The notes below the pieces were generated by a model. That model searched no databases. It had not been told where the DNA came from and saw only the letters and a list, made by a program, of their open reading frames with translations. From Felis catus (taxonomy: Eukaryota), in NCBI RefSeq assembly GCF_018350175.1, contig NC_058368.1:163248001-163312000 (forward strand): 64,000 nucleotides of DNA, given 5' to 3'. Shown here piece by piece: positions 1 through 13,433 of this stretch. Numbering within the stretch: the stretch's first letter is position 1; every line of letters starts with the position of its first letter. A program made the translations under genes and the position numbers.

Positions 1-1419
1 TGTCAAATGGATGAGTAAATGAACTTATTAGCACTACAGGTGCTCTAAGGACTTGAAGTGAAAGATTATAGGTGTTTTGTGAGATAAGACAACTGCTGCT
101 TTCTTTACTGAAATGAACTAAAAGGAGGTAAGATTGGGTAATCATGGTGGGGCATTGTTAGAGAGGACCTTAAATCCTAGGTGGAGGGATCTACATTTAA
201 CTCAGTGGGCTATTAGGAGCCATTCAATTCTTGAAGTAGAAGCACAATAGACTGACACTTACTTTAATCCTGTAGGTAAGAGAATAGATAGATGGACAGA
301 GAGACAGTTGATGAAACAGTGCATAAAAGAATAATTGATTATATCACAGAGAGACCAGAGACAAGAAGACCAATTGAATGGATAATAAGTTCATGCAGTT
401 GAAAACTAAGGACTTGCTACAGGAACCTACAGGTTTTGACAACCAATTGTATGTGATAAGGGAGGAATAAAAAGATAAAGATGACTGTTCTCTAATCCCC
501 AATGGCAGCCTTGATGGGAAGGTAAGAAGAAATGGGGAATCCTGAAGGAGGCAAGTTTTGAGGGAAATAAGTGATTTCAGGCTAGGGAAATCTTAAGCTT
601 AAAGAGATATGAATTCATGCAATGTTTTCATGCACATTTCAAGTTTCTTCAATGATGAGAGCACATTTGACCAAACTTGGGAGCTTGCTGCCTTTTAAAT
701 TCATGCTATGAAGGTGTTCTGGGAAAGGTAGTAGGATGACCCTGTTTTTATTAGTATTTGCCAATGGAAATATAGTGAACTCTGCTTTAGATTTGCATAT
801 TGCAGAAACATTAATTATTCCCAAATCAGTCTGGGCCTAACAACAACCTGGAGTATTGGTGGAAGAGATAATGTCTAGTGTAGAGTGTTTGCTTGCTGCT
901 AATTAGTAGTGTTGGGATTGGCATGTTTGGAGCAGTCATTAGGACTGAAACTGAATTATTTTAGTCATGTTTGCAAAGAAAGTCACAGAATGCATTGTGA
1001 ATTACTTTGTGAAATTACATTTTCTGACTTCATACAGTCTTTAAGAACTGAAGTTTGCATGTTCTTGCTCATTGAAAGTGTTTCTGTAGTATAGTCAAGG
1101 AGCTTTAAGTAAAGTTGTTTTACATGCTATGCCAGTGTTTGTGGGCATCATAGATAATCTCATTAATTTCTTCTGGGTATTTAAGGATAGATTCAAATTA
1201 TTGACCTCACCAATGGGTTTATCTCTTATTTTTGATTTTTGGTGACATGTCTTTTTTTGAAGTTATGACTCTACTTCAGAGGTAGCTTGTTAGATGGTCT
1301 TCCACCTAAAACATAAGTTGCAGTGAAAGCTCATAAAACTTCCACCAGGCAAAACTTTTAACCACTGTACAAGAAATGAGATTTATGTATCATTAGCAAC
1401 CATCTGTTTCTGGAACTGA

Positions 1420-2200
1420 TTTGATTCATTCAACAGATATTTTTTGCAAATCCAGTATGTGTCAATACTATTGATCTACCAACAAAAATTCCTCCCTTTA
1501 TGGAGTCTGTATTCTAGTTGTGTAAAACTGACAATAAACAAATAATTAAAATATATTGACTGTTTGGGTATGGTTAGCACCGATAGAAAAATAACAAAGC
1601 AGGAAGTAGAGGTAGGGAGTGATGAAGTGTTTGTGGTTGGGTTTGCAATTCTATTTTGAGTGGTCCGAGAATGACTCACTGAGGGTCATGGTTGAACCTT
1701 TGGAGGTGACAGATGAAAAAACAAGGTATCGAGGGGCCTGGGTAAAGAGTGTTTCAGCCACAGGGAAGAGCAAGGGCCTAGGCCTTGGGTGTGTGCAGAT
1801 GTGTTTGAACAACAGCAAGGAAGTCATTGTGTCTGGAATGGGGTGAATGAGGGTGAGTAGCTGGGGATGAGGTCAGATAGGTAATGGGGACAAGATGGTG
1901 CAGGGCCCTTTTAGTCCCAGCAAGAGCAGAGGCCAGTGGGAGTTTTGAACATGGGAGTGACTTGGTCCGACTTGCCTTTCTTAAAGCTCACCCCGGCCAA
2001 GGAAAGGAGGTGATCAGTTGGGAGGAACTGTGGTAACCCTGGTGAAAGGAGCTAGGGACCAGAGAGCAGTGGAGAGATATTCGGAATTTACTTTGAAGAT
2101 GGAGTGGAGAGAAAGGATTGGGTATGAACGAAACAGAACTGGGGATGACTCCAAAGGTTTTTGATCTGAACAACTGGCAAGATAGAGTATCTAGATAGAA
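1420..2200 (-). mobile_element. Ancient LINE-2 fragment
   Basis: Starts with an L2 3'-end-like ttcattcaacagatatt, followed by a purine-rich degenerate L2 body (gtttgaacaacagcaaggaagtcattgtgtctgga, gatgactccaaaggtttt). Boundaries approximate. Confidence 0.65.
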
Positions 2201-2511
2201 GATTATAAAACATTGTGTAGTATTTCCTGATTGTTTGCAATGATGCATAAAATAGTTTAGTTGGTTTTTGGTAGCCTGGAGTGATTTTTTTTAGGCTCCA
2301 AGGTTATGAATATCGAAGAATTTCCTTTCACTCACCTGTCACTTCCTAATATTCCTCTTTTTTACTCTTAATTTAAAATTTTCACCTTTGTCATACATAA
2401 GGAATCTATTATTTCCTGAACCTTATACCCATTGCTGTAATGGATTATAGCTGCCTTCTCGCCGTTTTATTTAATTGGATGACAGGCTGCAGTTATAAAT
2501 CTAGCAAGTCA

Positions 2512-2757
2512 GAGGCGCCTGGGTGGCTCAGTCGGTTGGGCATCCGACTTCGGCTCAGGTCATGATCTCGTGGTCCGTGAGTTCAAGCCCCGCATCGGGC
2601 TCTGGGCTGACAGCTCAGAGCGTGGAGCCTGTTTCGGATTCTGTGTTTCCCTCTCTCTCTGACCCTCCCCTGCTCATGCTCTGTCTCTCTCTGTCTCAAA
2701 AATAAATAAATGTTAAAGAAATAAAAATAAAATAATTTAAAATAAAAAAATAAAAAA
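2512..2757 (+). mobile_element. Can-SINE (SINEC_Fc-like) with TSD
   Basis: tRNA-like head gaggcgcctgggtggctcagtcggtt, CT linker, A tail. TSD ataaatctagcaagtca at 2495-2511 and 2758-2774. Confidence 0.95.
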
Positions 2758-5700
2758 ATAAATCTAGCAAGTCATATATATTTTCTTGTATGGAGGAGAA
2801 AAAAAAAAACCTTTGATGTGGCAGTATAACAAAGAGTATAATGTGTTTTGTGCTACTCCACATTTAGTAAGTTGGCCTAATAAATACTTTGTTATATGGA
2901 GAACATATTTCCTTACAAAATAATCATGATTTTTTGGAGCAGGGAAAAGGAGTTGGGTGATGTGGTTTCTAGTCTTTCAAGAATTTAAAGTTAAAAAAAA
3001 AGGAAATAAAAACATCTAGTTATTAAAACATCTCATTGTTTGGTGTTGGATTGGTAACCTAGTTACCTTTTATATGTAGATGAGGTAGCATTTGATTGAG
3101 GATCAAGGTTCTGATAATTATAAAATGGTGGTGATTTTAGGGTGATAATGGTGATCTTTGATATATTTCTAAAAGTTTTGTGTTTTTAGAACATTTTGAA
3201 AGTGTTTCTCTTAGTATACTCAGTTCTGAATTATCTGTGTCAAGGGGCTCTGATAGTGAATTGATATCTGAATTCCATAGCAAATATGAAAATTGGCTCA
3301 AGGCAAGACCATTTCTTTACCAATGCTGTGAAAAGGTAGCATATATTAAACTGTCTTGTCATTACTTGTTCTGGGGATAAAACTGGGAAAAAAATATGAG
3401 AAGGTAGGTATCATTAAGGGTGGGTGATAATTTGGATAAGAAAAAATAAACTAGATTAGCAAAAGTTACATATGATTGTATAAACATTTTTGGTTATTTA
3501 ATGTAAAAGGAAATAGTTCTTTACTTGATCAAGAATAATTCAATGAATAATTTTGAAGAAACATAATTCTTCAAGTAGTTATAAAAATAAACCAAACTTT
3601 ATACAGTCCCACTAAGAGCAGCCATTTCTGTCCGATTTCAGCCTGCTTAGTTCTGAAATCTTCTTTCCACCCTGTCTCCTCTTAAATGCTCACCCCTCTT
3701 CCTCCCTCTCTCCCCTTTCCTCTTCACCTTTCCCCTACTCCTCTTCCTGCTAAACTGCTACCCACTTCATTTTTCATGTATTTTGAAACCTGCTTCAAAC
3801 CTAAGACTATTTTGTAAAAAGTCACCAATAATTTTCAAATGGCTAATTGTAATGGGTCCCTTTTAGATCCTATGCCAAATAATCTCTTGGTTGCATTTGA
3901 CCTGTAGATCACCATTCCCAAGACATAAGTAGGCAGAAGGGAACATTATGAACTGTCAGGTGTCCCTGCCTTTCTGCATGCTGTCCCCCCATCTGATATG
4001 TCTTCCCCCACTTCTGCCTTATTTGTCTCAGTGAAAGCATTTATCCTTCTGAAAGTCCCCCTGAATCCCAACAAGATTACTCTTTCCCTCCTCTCTGCCA
4101 CCATGCGTGTACTTTATTTATACGTCTCATTACATGTTTTTGTTTTGTCTTCAGGTACTTACGGTGTTGGCCACTTAGCTAGACTCTGAGATCCTTTAGG
4201 GCAGGGGCCATCTTTATTCATCTTTACTCCAACCCAGCATATAATAAGCACTTGATAAATGCTTATCGGATGAATGAAATTATTTTGTCATAATGCACAT
4301 TTAGAGTTTAGAAATCCTTTTACTGTCATTACTTGTGTATGTTCCTATAGTTTCTCAAACTTCAAAACGTAACTAAAACTTTGAGGTCGCTGTGAATCCC
4401 TGAAGTTACTCTATAATCCTTGATGCTAAATATTTGGTGCTAGTGAGAGGTGGCAGGGAAGACTGAGTTGGGAGAATACAAAATGTTAAGGCAAAAGAGA
4501 CCTCTTTCCCTTTAATCCCTCCCTATACTCTTCTTGCTTGCTTGCCCATCCCAGTCATGGGGAGCCCCTGAACACATCCAGGGTGGAAGTGCAAAGTCTA
4601 AGTACTGTCTGTACTTCGACACTTCCTGTCCACATGGTGATGAAATAAGGTGAGTCCCAGAATGAACTCATTTATGAGAATAATAGCACGATAACCAAAC
4701 AGCCTAATATCATTTGGGAGAAAATGAACAGGGTGTCTGTCACTTACCAGAAACGTTTTGAAAGCTGTGGTATTTCTCTTACTGACATGAATTTTTATAA
4801 TAATCTAAAGATATATTAACAAGTATAATATATACTATGTAATTACAAAAACACAATAATATAAATTTGCATATTACAATAAATGAGATTTTCTCATTTT
4901 ATTGAATTTTAGTAGGATTACCCTTTGGTGTCCAGAATATTTGGATCATATTTTACTTTTCAATGATTACCTCTTTTGTGTATATAATTCTCTCATGCAC
5001 ATTAGAATTGCCTTAGAAAAAGAGTATAACATAAAGCTGAGGTAAAATAGAAATATTTTTGAGAAGATATTCACACTGTCACTAGATTTTGTTCTTAATT
5101 GACAGTGCTCTTTTTTTTTTTCTAGTACATGGCAATTTCTACTTTAGTTTTTGAAAGAAATTACGTGTTATGTCTCTTGTACTCTATGAAAATGTGCAGC
5201 TCTGGCAGTTACACTGGATGGTTTTGCTGTAGTAATTAAAACACAGATGGAGCTCATTTCTTTCCCAAGTGTTTGATTGGCAGATAGTCTGTGATCAACG
5301 CTTCCCTCAGCTGAACATGTCAGCACCATCTGCCTTCAGTCAGCTTGGAGAGGGGGGTCGCAGCAGAATTTCCTGATCATCACATGAGCCAGTTTAAATT
5401 GAGTATATTCCTCTTGCTGAAGCCACCAAATGACTTATGTAAAGTTACATATAATATATAAGGGTTTTCAAGACAGTTGGTTTGCAACTTGATGAAATAT
5501 TCATTAATTAGTATATATGTTTTTTAATTCACCACTTCCTTCCTCTGCTTAAAACATTTAGAGCATAACATAAAGTCACCATACCTTACAAAGTTAAAAT
5601 TTCTAAACAAATTGAGCTGATGGGGCGTTTTGTTTTTAGCGAGGTTATTAGAGATGATTTTAAATCAGGGTCCTGTGTTTTGAACTATTAGTGCAAGCAC

Positions 5701-6611
5701 TAGTTACAAATAAAAATTCTTCAGTATGCTGTCTCCTAAACCCAACACAAAAATCATTTAGAAGAATATGCTAATTTTAAAAAATTGTGTATTTATAACT
5801 GTTAGAAATAAATTATGATGAATGGTGCTTATTTAGATATCAGGGTAAGAAATGGATAGAAATTTATGCTCATCCAATTTTGATGCAGCCGAATGAATGG
5901 GGGTTGATTGTTATGTAGAAAACATACATTTAAGGCATTGGAAGCACCGAAATAAGGACATTTTTTAAAAAGAAGAAAAATATAGTTATTTCATATTCCT
6001 GGAAATGTATTTTGGAATCTATGATACTTGTGCAAACAGTCTAGATTTGTAAAGACTGCACATGCATTCATAATAACATGAATTCTATATATAATTAAAT
6101 AATGGAAAACTGATTTGACTTCCCCCTTCCCTGTCCAAATGGATACATAGTTCTGAGTACCAAATGAAAAACATGGTCTACCGCACTTGTGGGGGCAAGT
6201 GAATGAAGGAGACTGTTGCTCACAGAATGTTAGCACAAAGAATAAAGGAGTTGGATTGAAAATCATTCTGAAGAACGTGGAATACACTCATTGCTCATGG
6301 TTCCTGTGGAAACCCACTTACAGTAAAGGGCAAGTGACTTTGGGGACTTTGACAAGCATTTGAAGATTAAATTGGTAAAGGTAATCACTTCCCAGTTGGA
6401 CGGAAAAATACGATGAGTTGTGGAAGGGAGAATACAGAAAAGAAAGAAAATAATTATGTATGTGTAGAAATCTATCATCTTCTATTACCAGAAACTTTTA
6501 AAGATAAAACTTTGGATTAGTTTCTCATTTTGTTTGAATATATAATCACCTCTCTTCAAGCTTGCAGTGTTTCCAGGCAAAGAGTAGGGGTGGGAAAGAA
6601 GAAAAGAGTTT

Positions 6612-6834
6612 AAAAAAAATTTTTTTTTCAACGTTTTTTATTTATCTTTGGGACAGAGAGAGACAGAGCATGAACGGGCGAGGGGCAGAGAGAGAGGGAG
6701 ACACAGAATCGGAAACAGGCTCCAGGCTCTGAGCCATCAGCCCAGAGCCTGACACGGGGCTCGAACTCACGGACCGCGAGATCGTGACCTGGCTGAAGTC
6801 GGACGCTTAACCGACTGCGCCACCCAGGCGCCCC
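6612..6834 (-). mobile_element. Young Can-SINE (SINEC_Fc)
   Basis: Reverse-complement SINE ending cacccaggcgcccc; CpGs retained; aagagttt on both flanks. Confidence 0.95.
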
Positions 6835-7239
6835 AAGAGTTTTATTTTTAGTTACGTAAAATACATTTTAGTTTACATAGAAAACATTTATCCCAATGAT
6901 CCTACATTCTCCGAAGGGGAAGGATGGGAATAATTTTGATTTAACAAAACAGATTAGGATAAGAACCATAAACAAAGTGCTGCAGAAATTCAGAGAAAAG
7001 AGTTTCCAAATTGAGAGGCACCCCAGAGCACCTGAACATACAGTCATTCGCTTAAATTCTCCTTCTCTAACTTACCTTGTCTCCTTTCCCAACCTGTTTC
7101 TTCTTTCTGTGACAGTTTTATTCTGTGTCAATATTTTCTATATAGTTTACATTTGCCAATATCCATCTCATTATGATTATCTATGTAGTGTGGATCTCCA
7201 GAGAACTTTGGCAGATGTCACTTGGCTAATAACAACCAA

Positions 7240-7400
7240 CATTTATTGAAGACTTCGTGTGTGCCTGACAGTTTTCTAAGTACGTTCTTAGTTCATTCCT
7301 ACAGAAACCCTATTATTATTTATTTTGCAAATGAGGAATCCCATAATCCAGCTAATCCAGTAGGGGGATTGAGATTACTGTGGGAAGATGGGCTCCAGAT
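7240..7400 (-). mobile_element. MIR remnant
   Basis: aacatttattga ... attattatttattttgcaaatgaggaa resembles the MIR core. Confidence 0.55.
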
Positions 7401-7878
7401 TACTGTTCCCTAGTGCCATTTAGACCCACCTGGCTCCTGGAAGTGTCCTGTGTGTGAAGAGTACATGTCCCCTCCAACCTCATCCTCTCCAGATTAAACC
7501 CAAGAAAGGGCAGCAGAGGAGACTGAGACGATGGTGTCACAATGAAGTGTTAAACTGAAAAGAGGGAAAAAAAGCTGAGAAGGGCATTTACATTTGGGAG
7601 AGACTGAGCAGAGGGTAGACTGCTCTAGACATGTACCCATAGCTGGTATGGACTCCCTGCCATGCTTGCTCACCTGGCTTCCTCCTCATCCCAGTATCCA
7701 AGGTGTGCCCCCCACTCATGTCCAGTCCAAGTGCTGATGGACAACCGAGAGACAAAGGGAGGAAAAGTGCTTCTTAGGGGAAAGGACGTTTCATCTCATT
7801 AATTATTTTTTTCCAGTTAAAAGAGATTTCTGAGCACCTGGACAAGGTGTTGAATGGGATGTGGAAAAGTGAATCTTT

Positions 7879-8101
7879 GGGGCGCCTGGGTGGCTCAGTC
7901 GGTTAAGCGTCCGACTTCGGCTCGGGTCATGATCTCGCGGTCCGTGAGTTCGAGCCCCGCGTTGGGCTCTGTGCTGACAGCTCGGAGCCTGGAGCCTGTT
8001 TCAGATTCTGTGTCTCCCTCTCTGACCCTCCCCCGTTCATGCTCTGTCTCTCTCTGTCTCAAAAATAAATGTTAAAAAAAAAAATTAAAAAAAAAAAAAA
8101 A
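7879..8101 (+). mobile_element. Can-SINE (SINEC_Fc-like) with TSD
   Basis: Canonical head and long A tail. TSD gaaaagtgaatcttt at 7864-7878 and 8102-8116. Confidence 0.95.
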
Positions 8102-8570
8102 GAAAAGTGAATCTTTTACTTCAAACATGATAGAAAGTGTACTGGCCTGAGAGAACGTGAGTTCCTTTGTCTTAGTCCCAGGATTTATGCTAACTTTCTG
8201 TTCTTCGTTTTCTTGTGGGTAATGTGAGGGAGTTGGGTCACCAGTTCTAGAGTCCCTACTAGCTCTGAGAAAAGTTGGTGATGATAAGGAGCTTACAGTT
8301 TAGCTGAGCAGATATGAGGCCTGTCCACACAAAGTTAACTACAAGGAAAACTTAAAAATGGGGAAAGAGATACAAAGAGAGGTTCCCCCTCAGTGTAGAA
8401 ATTCCATATAACAAACTCTAGGTATGGTCTAAGGGTTTAAGAAAGATGCTATATCAGGAAGGTGGAGGGTCAAATGTGATAAATATATGAAAGATAGCCC
8501 AGTAATAGACCCTGCTTTTTTGTGTGCGATAAAATACTATTTTGCTTCCCTTAACTATTTTCATTTCTTT

Positions 8571-8685
8571 TTCTAAAGATTTTTTTATTATTTTTAAGTA
8601 ATCTGCATACCCAGCATGGTGCTTGAACTCACAACACCGAGATCAAGAATTTCATGCTCCACTAACTGAGCCAGCCAGGCACCCC
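8571..8685 (-). mobile_element. Older short Can-SINE lacking the CT linker
   Basis: Reverse strand reads ggggtgcctggctggctcagttagtggagcatg...gtgagttcaagcacc. Degenerate TSD aactattttcatttctt / aactgttttttatttctt. Confidence 0.8.
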
Positions 8686-9331
8686 AACTGTTTTTATTTC
8701 TTAAGATAGTTTTTAGACTATTACATTTTTTTTCTTTTTCCTTGTCTTTTTTAAGTTGCGTCACATTTTTCTTTATCCTTTCTTTAAAAAATTAGCTCTG
8801 CTATTTCTTCAAATTTCCCTCCTTAGTTTTTTTTTTTTTTTTTTTTTAATATGGCAGTTATTGTGTGAGTCTGGCATGTCTAGACAGTTCCTGGCACATA
8901 GTTTACACCCCATAAATATTGGTTACACAAACCAAGTTTATATCACTATAATTGTTTCGCCAATTAAACAATCACCTACATTTTCACCCCCTTCCTAAAG
9001 AGATGATGCATTAGGTATACTTTGGGCTGTTCCTTTAAAAACTTTTTGTTCTTATTTAAAATTTTTATCCAAAAAGGTGTTTTTTTTCTTTTTTTTTTTT
9101 ATCTTTGGTTAAAGTCTTAAACCATTATTTCATTGTCACCTTTCACCTAACTTATCCATGCATGCCAACAGCAAATTGAGTGACGTTGATCGAAATTTTT
9201 GTTGTTTTTGTTATATCCAAGTGTATAAGTTAAATAAGTGGTTGGCAATACATGATCTGCTACTACATGACACCAGGATTCAAAGATAATATAATTAAAA
9301 ATGCATTTTACTAAAATGTCTTGCATTTAAA

Positions 9332-9544
9332 TTTTTTTTTTCAACGTTTATTTATTTTTGGGACAGAGAGAGACAGAGCATGAACGGGGGAGGGGCAGAG
9401 AGAGAGGGAGACACAGAATCGGAAACAGGCTCCAGGCTCTGAGCCATCAGCCCAGAGCCCGACGCGGGCCTCGAACTCACGGACCGCGAGATCGTGACCT
9501 GGCTGAAGTCGGACGCTTAACCGACTGCGCCACCCAGGCGCCCC
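9332..9544 (-). mobile_element. Young Can-SINE (SINEC_Fc) with TSD
   Basis: Near-identical to the 6612 copy. Perfect 20-bp direct repeat taaaatgtcttgcatttaaa at 9312-9331 and 9545-9564. Confidence 0.95.
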
Positions 9545-12500
9545 TAAAATGTCTTGCATTTAAACAAGATGAGGAAGATTGGAAGAGAAAGGAGTAGGTG
9601 AAAGAAGTCGGAATAATGCATAACTTAAGAGATGAAGTATTAAGCATGGAAAGAAGCAAAAGAGAAGGGAGGGCAGCAGTTCCTGCCCTGCTCCTGACAC
9701 TCCTTATATTCTGCACTATCCTGATGCCATTATCCAGGTTATCCAACCTTGGTTTTTTGCTGGTTTGAATTCATTCTGGGCCATGCTGATTTACTGTTGG
9801 TTATTTTTGGTCTTTTTTTTTTTTTTACTCCTCAGTCCCCTAAGTTCTTAAAGTCTGTGCCAATGTTACTTGTTTCCAAAATCCAAAAGGCAAAACTGGC
9901 CCTAGAAAGGGTCCTGCCTCCCAGGTGAGTCTAATTCCAAAGTGTCCAAGAGGTTTGATTTGACTTTCAATATCTAAAGGTGTCCAATCTAAGAGTTTTG
10001 ATAGAACAAAAATAGGTTATGGGCAGTGGCGATGTCTGAGATCATGAGGATGAAAGGGGTGGGATTTAAAACTTTAGGAAGAAAATAAATATGTTTGTAA
10101 GGTACTCTGTACAAATTTAAAATGCTCCATTCTTTGTAGTGTAGTTCAGTGGGAGGCCAGATTATATTCTAAACTCTAAGATGAATGCATCTCCAAATGG
10201 GCAGTGAAGAGAAGCCCATAATCCCAAGTTTTTAGGCTCCTCAGTTAAATCTGAATGTTGACACCAGGTCACAGAAACTGTGGTGTATTTTGAATATTTT
10301 CATTTAATTTGTTAACTCCTCTTTCCACAGTCCCAAAATACAATGACTGGGTGTATAATATAGTTTGAGGATAACAGTGTAAGTTTGAATGAAGTTCAGC
10401 TAGCCAAGTTGCTGTTTTCCCACTGCCATCCTTGTGTAACGTCTGACTAATGAATATTTAAACTTTTCCAAATGGACATGATAAAGAATATTTCTACAGA
10501 ATTCTACAATATTGAAAAAATATTCTCAGAAGTTATCTTCTGAAATATAATTTTGGTGGAGAAGAGGAGAATGAATGAAGAGTATGGAATTATAGAGAAG
10601 ATAGAAAAACTATGAGGAAAAAGCATTAGCTCCTTTAGAACTAGATCTCTCACATTTGTGTTATCAGAGCTGAGAGTCTTAGGAATATGGGATGTTGGGA
10701 TGGGATCAGAATAAAATCGCAATGTTTGTTTAGCCACATTGAGTGAAAACAGTCATAAACTGCTACAAGATCTTAACTCACTTTAAGGGAAGAGAGTTAC
10801 ATGAAAATTTAAAAAGATTTTTAAAAATATAAGTAGGAATAAATGGTATATAATTCCCCTAATTTTAAAATCAAAGGCTAAAATAAATTTTTTTTTCTTC
10901 TTAGAATGTTTCATTTTAAGTATGTGACCATCATGTAGAACTTTCATGTGGGAATTAATTAGACAGGAAAGACTGAACAACTGGATGATCCAATCTTTCT
11001 TGCATCTGTGACTTGATTCCTGGAAGGAGCCCTGGAACAGATGTCAAACTACAATCAGGGTGAACAATTAAAACTAAGGAGTCTTAGAGCATACTTGACT
11101 AGGAATTAGAGTTATGGATCCTCTCTTTTTCTATGGGCATTTTTCTCCCCAAGAGTGGCCATGAAGAAAGAAACTGCAGTGATTGGTACCAGTGGTCTTG
11201 AGTTTAAATTTACTATAAATCTTTACATTCCTGTCCTCATTTCTACTTTGTAAAGCAGAGTCTGAACTTAGGATAATCAAGTCACAAAAGGAAACTAACT
11301 ATATATCAAATAGACTCTGACCCTGGAGAAGATAGTTTTGCTCCCTTCCCTGTTTAGGAGAAAAATACTTCAACTTTCATTACTTAATCTTTTCTTTGTG
11401 TGTTCCTAGTTTATTAAGCACTAATTTAACCTAACACTTTTATTGTGGTTAGGAGCATTGGAAATGGAAACATTTAAGATGACATTTGGTTTATTAAAAC
11501 CTCCCAAAACTAGCAGATGGTTTAGGAAAGCAGCATTAAAGATGTTACTTGATCCTTAATTCCAGACCATACTTGATGCTGCATCTGGAAGAAGAACTAT
11601 GCCAAGAAAAACGCTATTGAGTTAAAGACTGTGTTATTCATAAATATTTAGGAAAATAAGAGACAAGTGTTCATGAGCATAGCTTGTGAAACCAAATAGA
11701 TATTCCATGGGAGAAGGGTTCTGCAAACATTTCCAAATATGTGGTATTTATTCTTAGAACATTTTAATAAACCTATTGAGAATAGAATTTTATAATGAAT
11801 CCAGCCAAAACTTGATAGCTATGGTGCTTTATCTTATCCATTCTCTGTACAAATGGAAGTTGTCATTTGTTATAGTCACTAGGATGAATGGTCACTGTGT
11901 ATTTAAACTCCTTCACACCAAATATAGAATCCTCCAAGTTTTGACTTTAAATATTTTCCCAGCACTTAAAATATTAAAAAGCTGAGTGTAATTAATTGGT
12001 ACCATATATAACTGTGATAGGTGGCATCTGCTTACTTTTCTGTTATTAAGTTTACTCTTTTGCTGTAACCATTCTATTTGTGAAGTTGTGCTTCCTGCTT
12101 AATACATGCTAAATGTTTTGTTTCCTTTGGGTGAGGCAAAGGAAGCTTCAAAACTGTTAAATACAAGTGACACTGTTTCCTAATTAGTTTTATGGGAGTA
12201 GAAATAAATTACTTAAAAATTATGAGAAATAAATTACTTAAAAATTTAATTCTTTTATTAAGAAATGTAAACTTTATACAATATGGGCTTTTGTAAACAA
12301 ACACTTTATGTTCTAATCCTTGTAGTTACCATATTGTTGCTGACCTATGTCTAGATGGCAAGTTAGACTTCAGAGACCCTGTCAGATGCTGAAATGGTCA
12401 GGAATAGGAAATTACCCATTAGTTAATGAAAGATCTCTTTGGACTTCCTAAGGTCCAAGAAACTCAACAGTGGAGGAGACACTGCCTTTTCTACTTGAGC

Positions 12501-12929
12501 AATGATGATCTTTGGGAGCCCTCAGGCTCTGAGTTGTAACATAGTCAGCCTCTTGTGTAAGTTAACAGAAAATAGAAAAATCTAAGTCATACTCAAACAT
12601 ACGAATTAAATGGCTAATAATTATATTTTAAACATCAAATATTTCCTTATCGCACTCCTGAGAAGAAACCTTGGATAATGGATCTCTCTAGAGAAAAATG
12701 ATTTTAGATTCTATAATACTATTATCTTTTATTCAACGTTGCAAAATTTAGATCTAAGTCTTGGGTAGGAAATTATATATTCTGTAAATCAAATATATTC
12801 TTAATAGTTGAAGAAAACAGAATCAGAAGAGAATCAATGACATGTTTAATAGTAACCTGGCCATTTACTGTTTGCCTGAGATCAAATATCTAATGTCAGA
12901 TTTTAACAGCAGCATGATATGCCGGAAAG

Positions 12930-13300
12930 ACCATCTTCTGTGGCGCCAGGAGACCATTTAATGTAGCCTAAAATTCAAGCTCCAAGAGTACACACTGTGT
13001 GGACTTGCCCAAGTCATGGAACCTCTTTGAGTCTCAATTTCACCACAGTTAATGAGTAAATAGGAGACTAATCCTACTTTCTAGAGTTAAAGTACTATGA
13101 TATGTAAATAAGTACTATAATATGCATTGTAAAAGCTGGGCTTGAATTCTGACTTTACCACTTTCTGGCATTGTAATTTTGGATAAATTATTTAACCCAA
13201 TGGAGTCATGTTTTTCACAATTTAAAATAAAGATAAGAATCCAGTATTTGCAAACTGTTACAAAGTAAGAGCTTCAAAAATGTTAGTTGCTGTTGTAACT
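12930..13300 (+). mobile_element. MIR remnants (two degraded copies)
   Basis: aacctctttgagtctcaatttc and gggcttgaattctgactttaccactt...ggataaattatttaacc resemble the MIR core. Confidence 0.5.
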
Positions 13301-13407
13301 TACTATTTTTACTAAATGTCTACACATCTCTTGTCATCTGGAGATCTAAAATAATGTAACAAAATTTTATTTTGTTTGAAGTTATTGAAAGCCTATTCTA
13401 ATAGATC

Positions 13408-13433
13408 TTTTTTTTTTTTTTTTTTTTTTTTTT
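13408..13433 (+). repeat. Poly(T) tract
   Basis: About 26 consecutive T. Confidence 0.9.

Noticed and set aside
6330..6460. Possible minus-strand exon ending in ACT|gtaagtgg
   Set aside because: The donor is plausible, but the upstream pyrimidine tract has no adjacent AG and the peptide is unrecognised.
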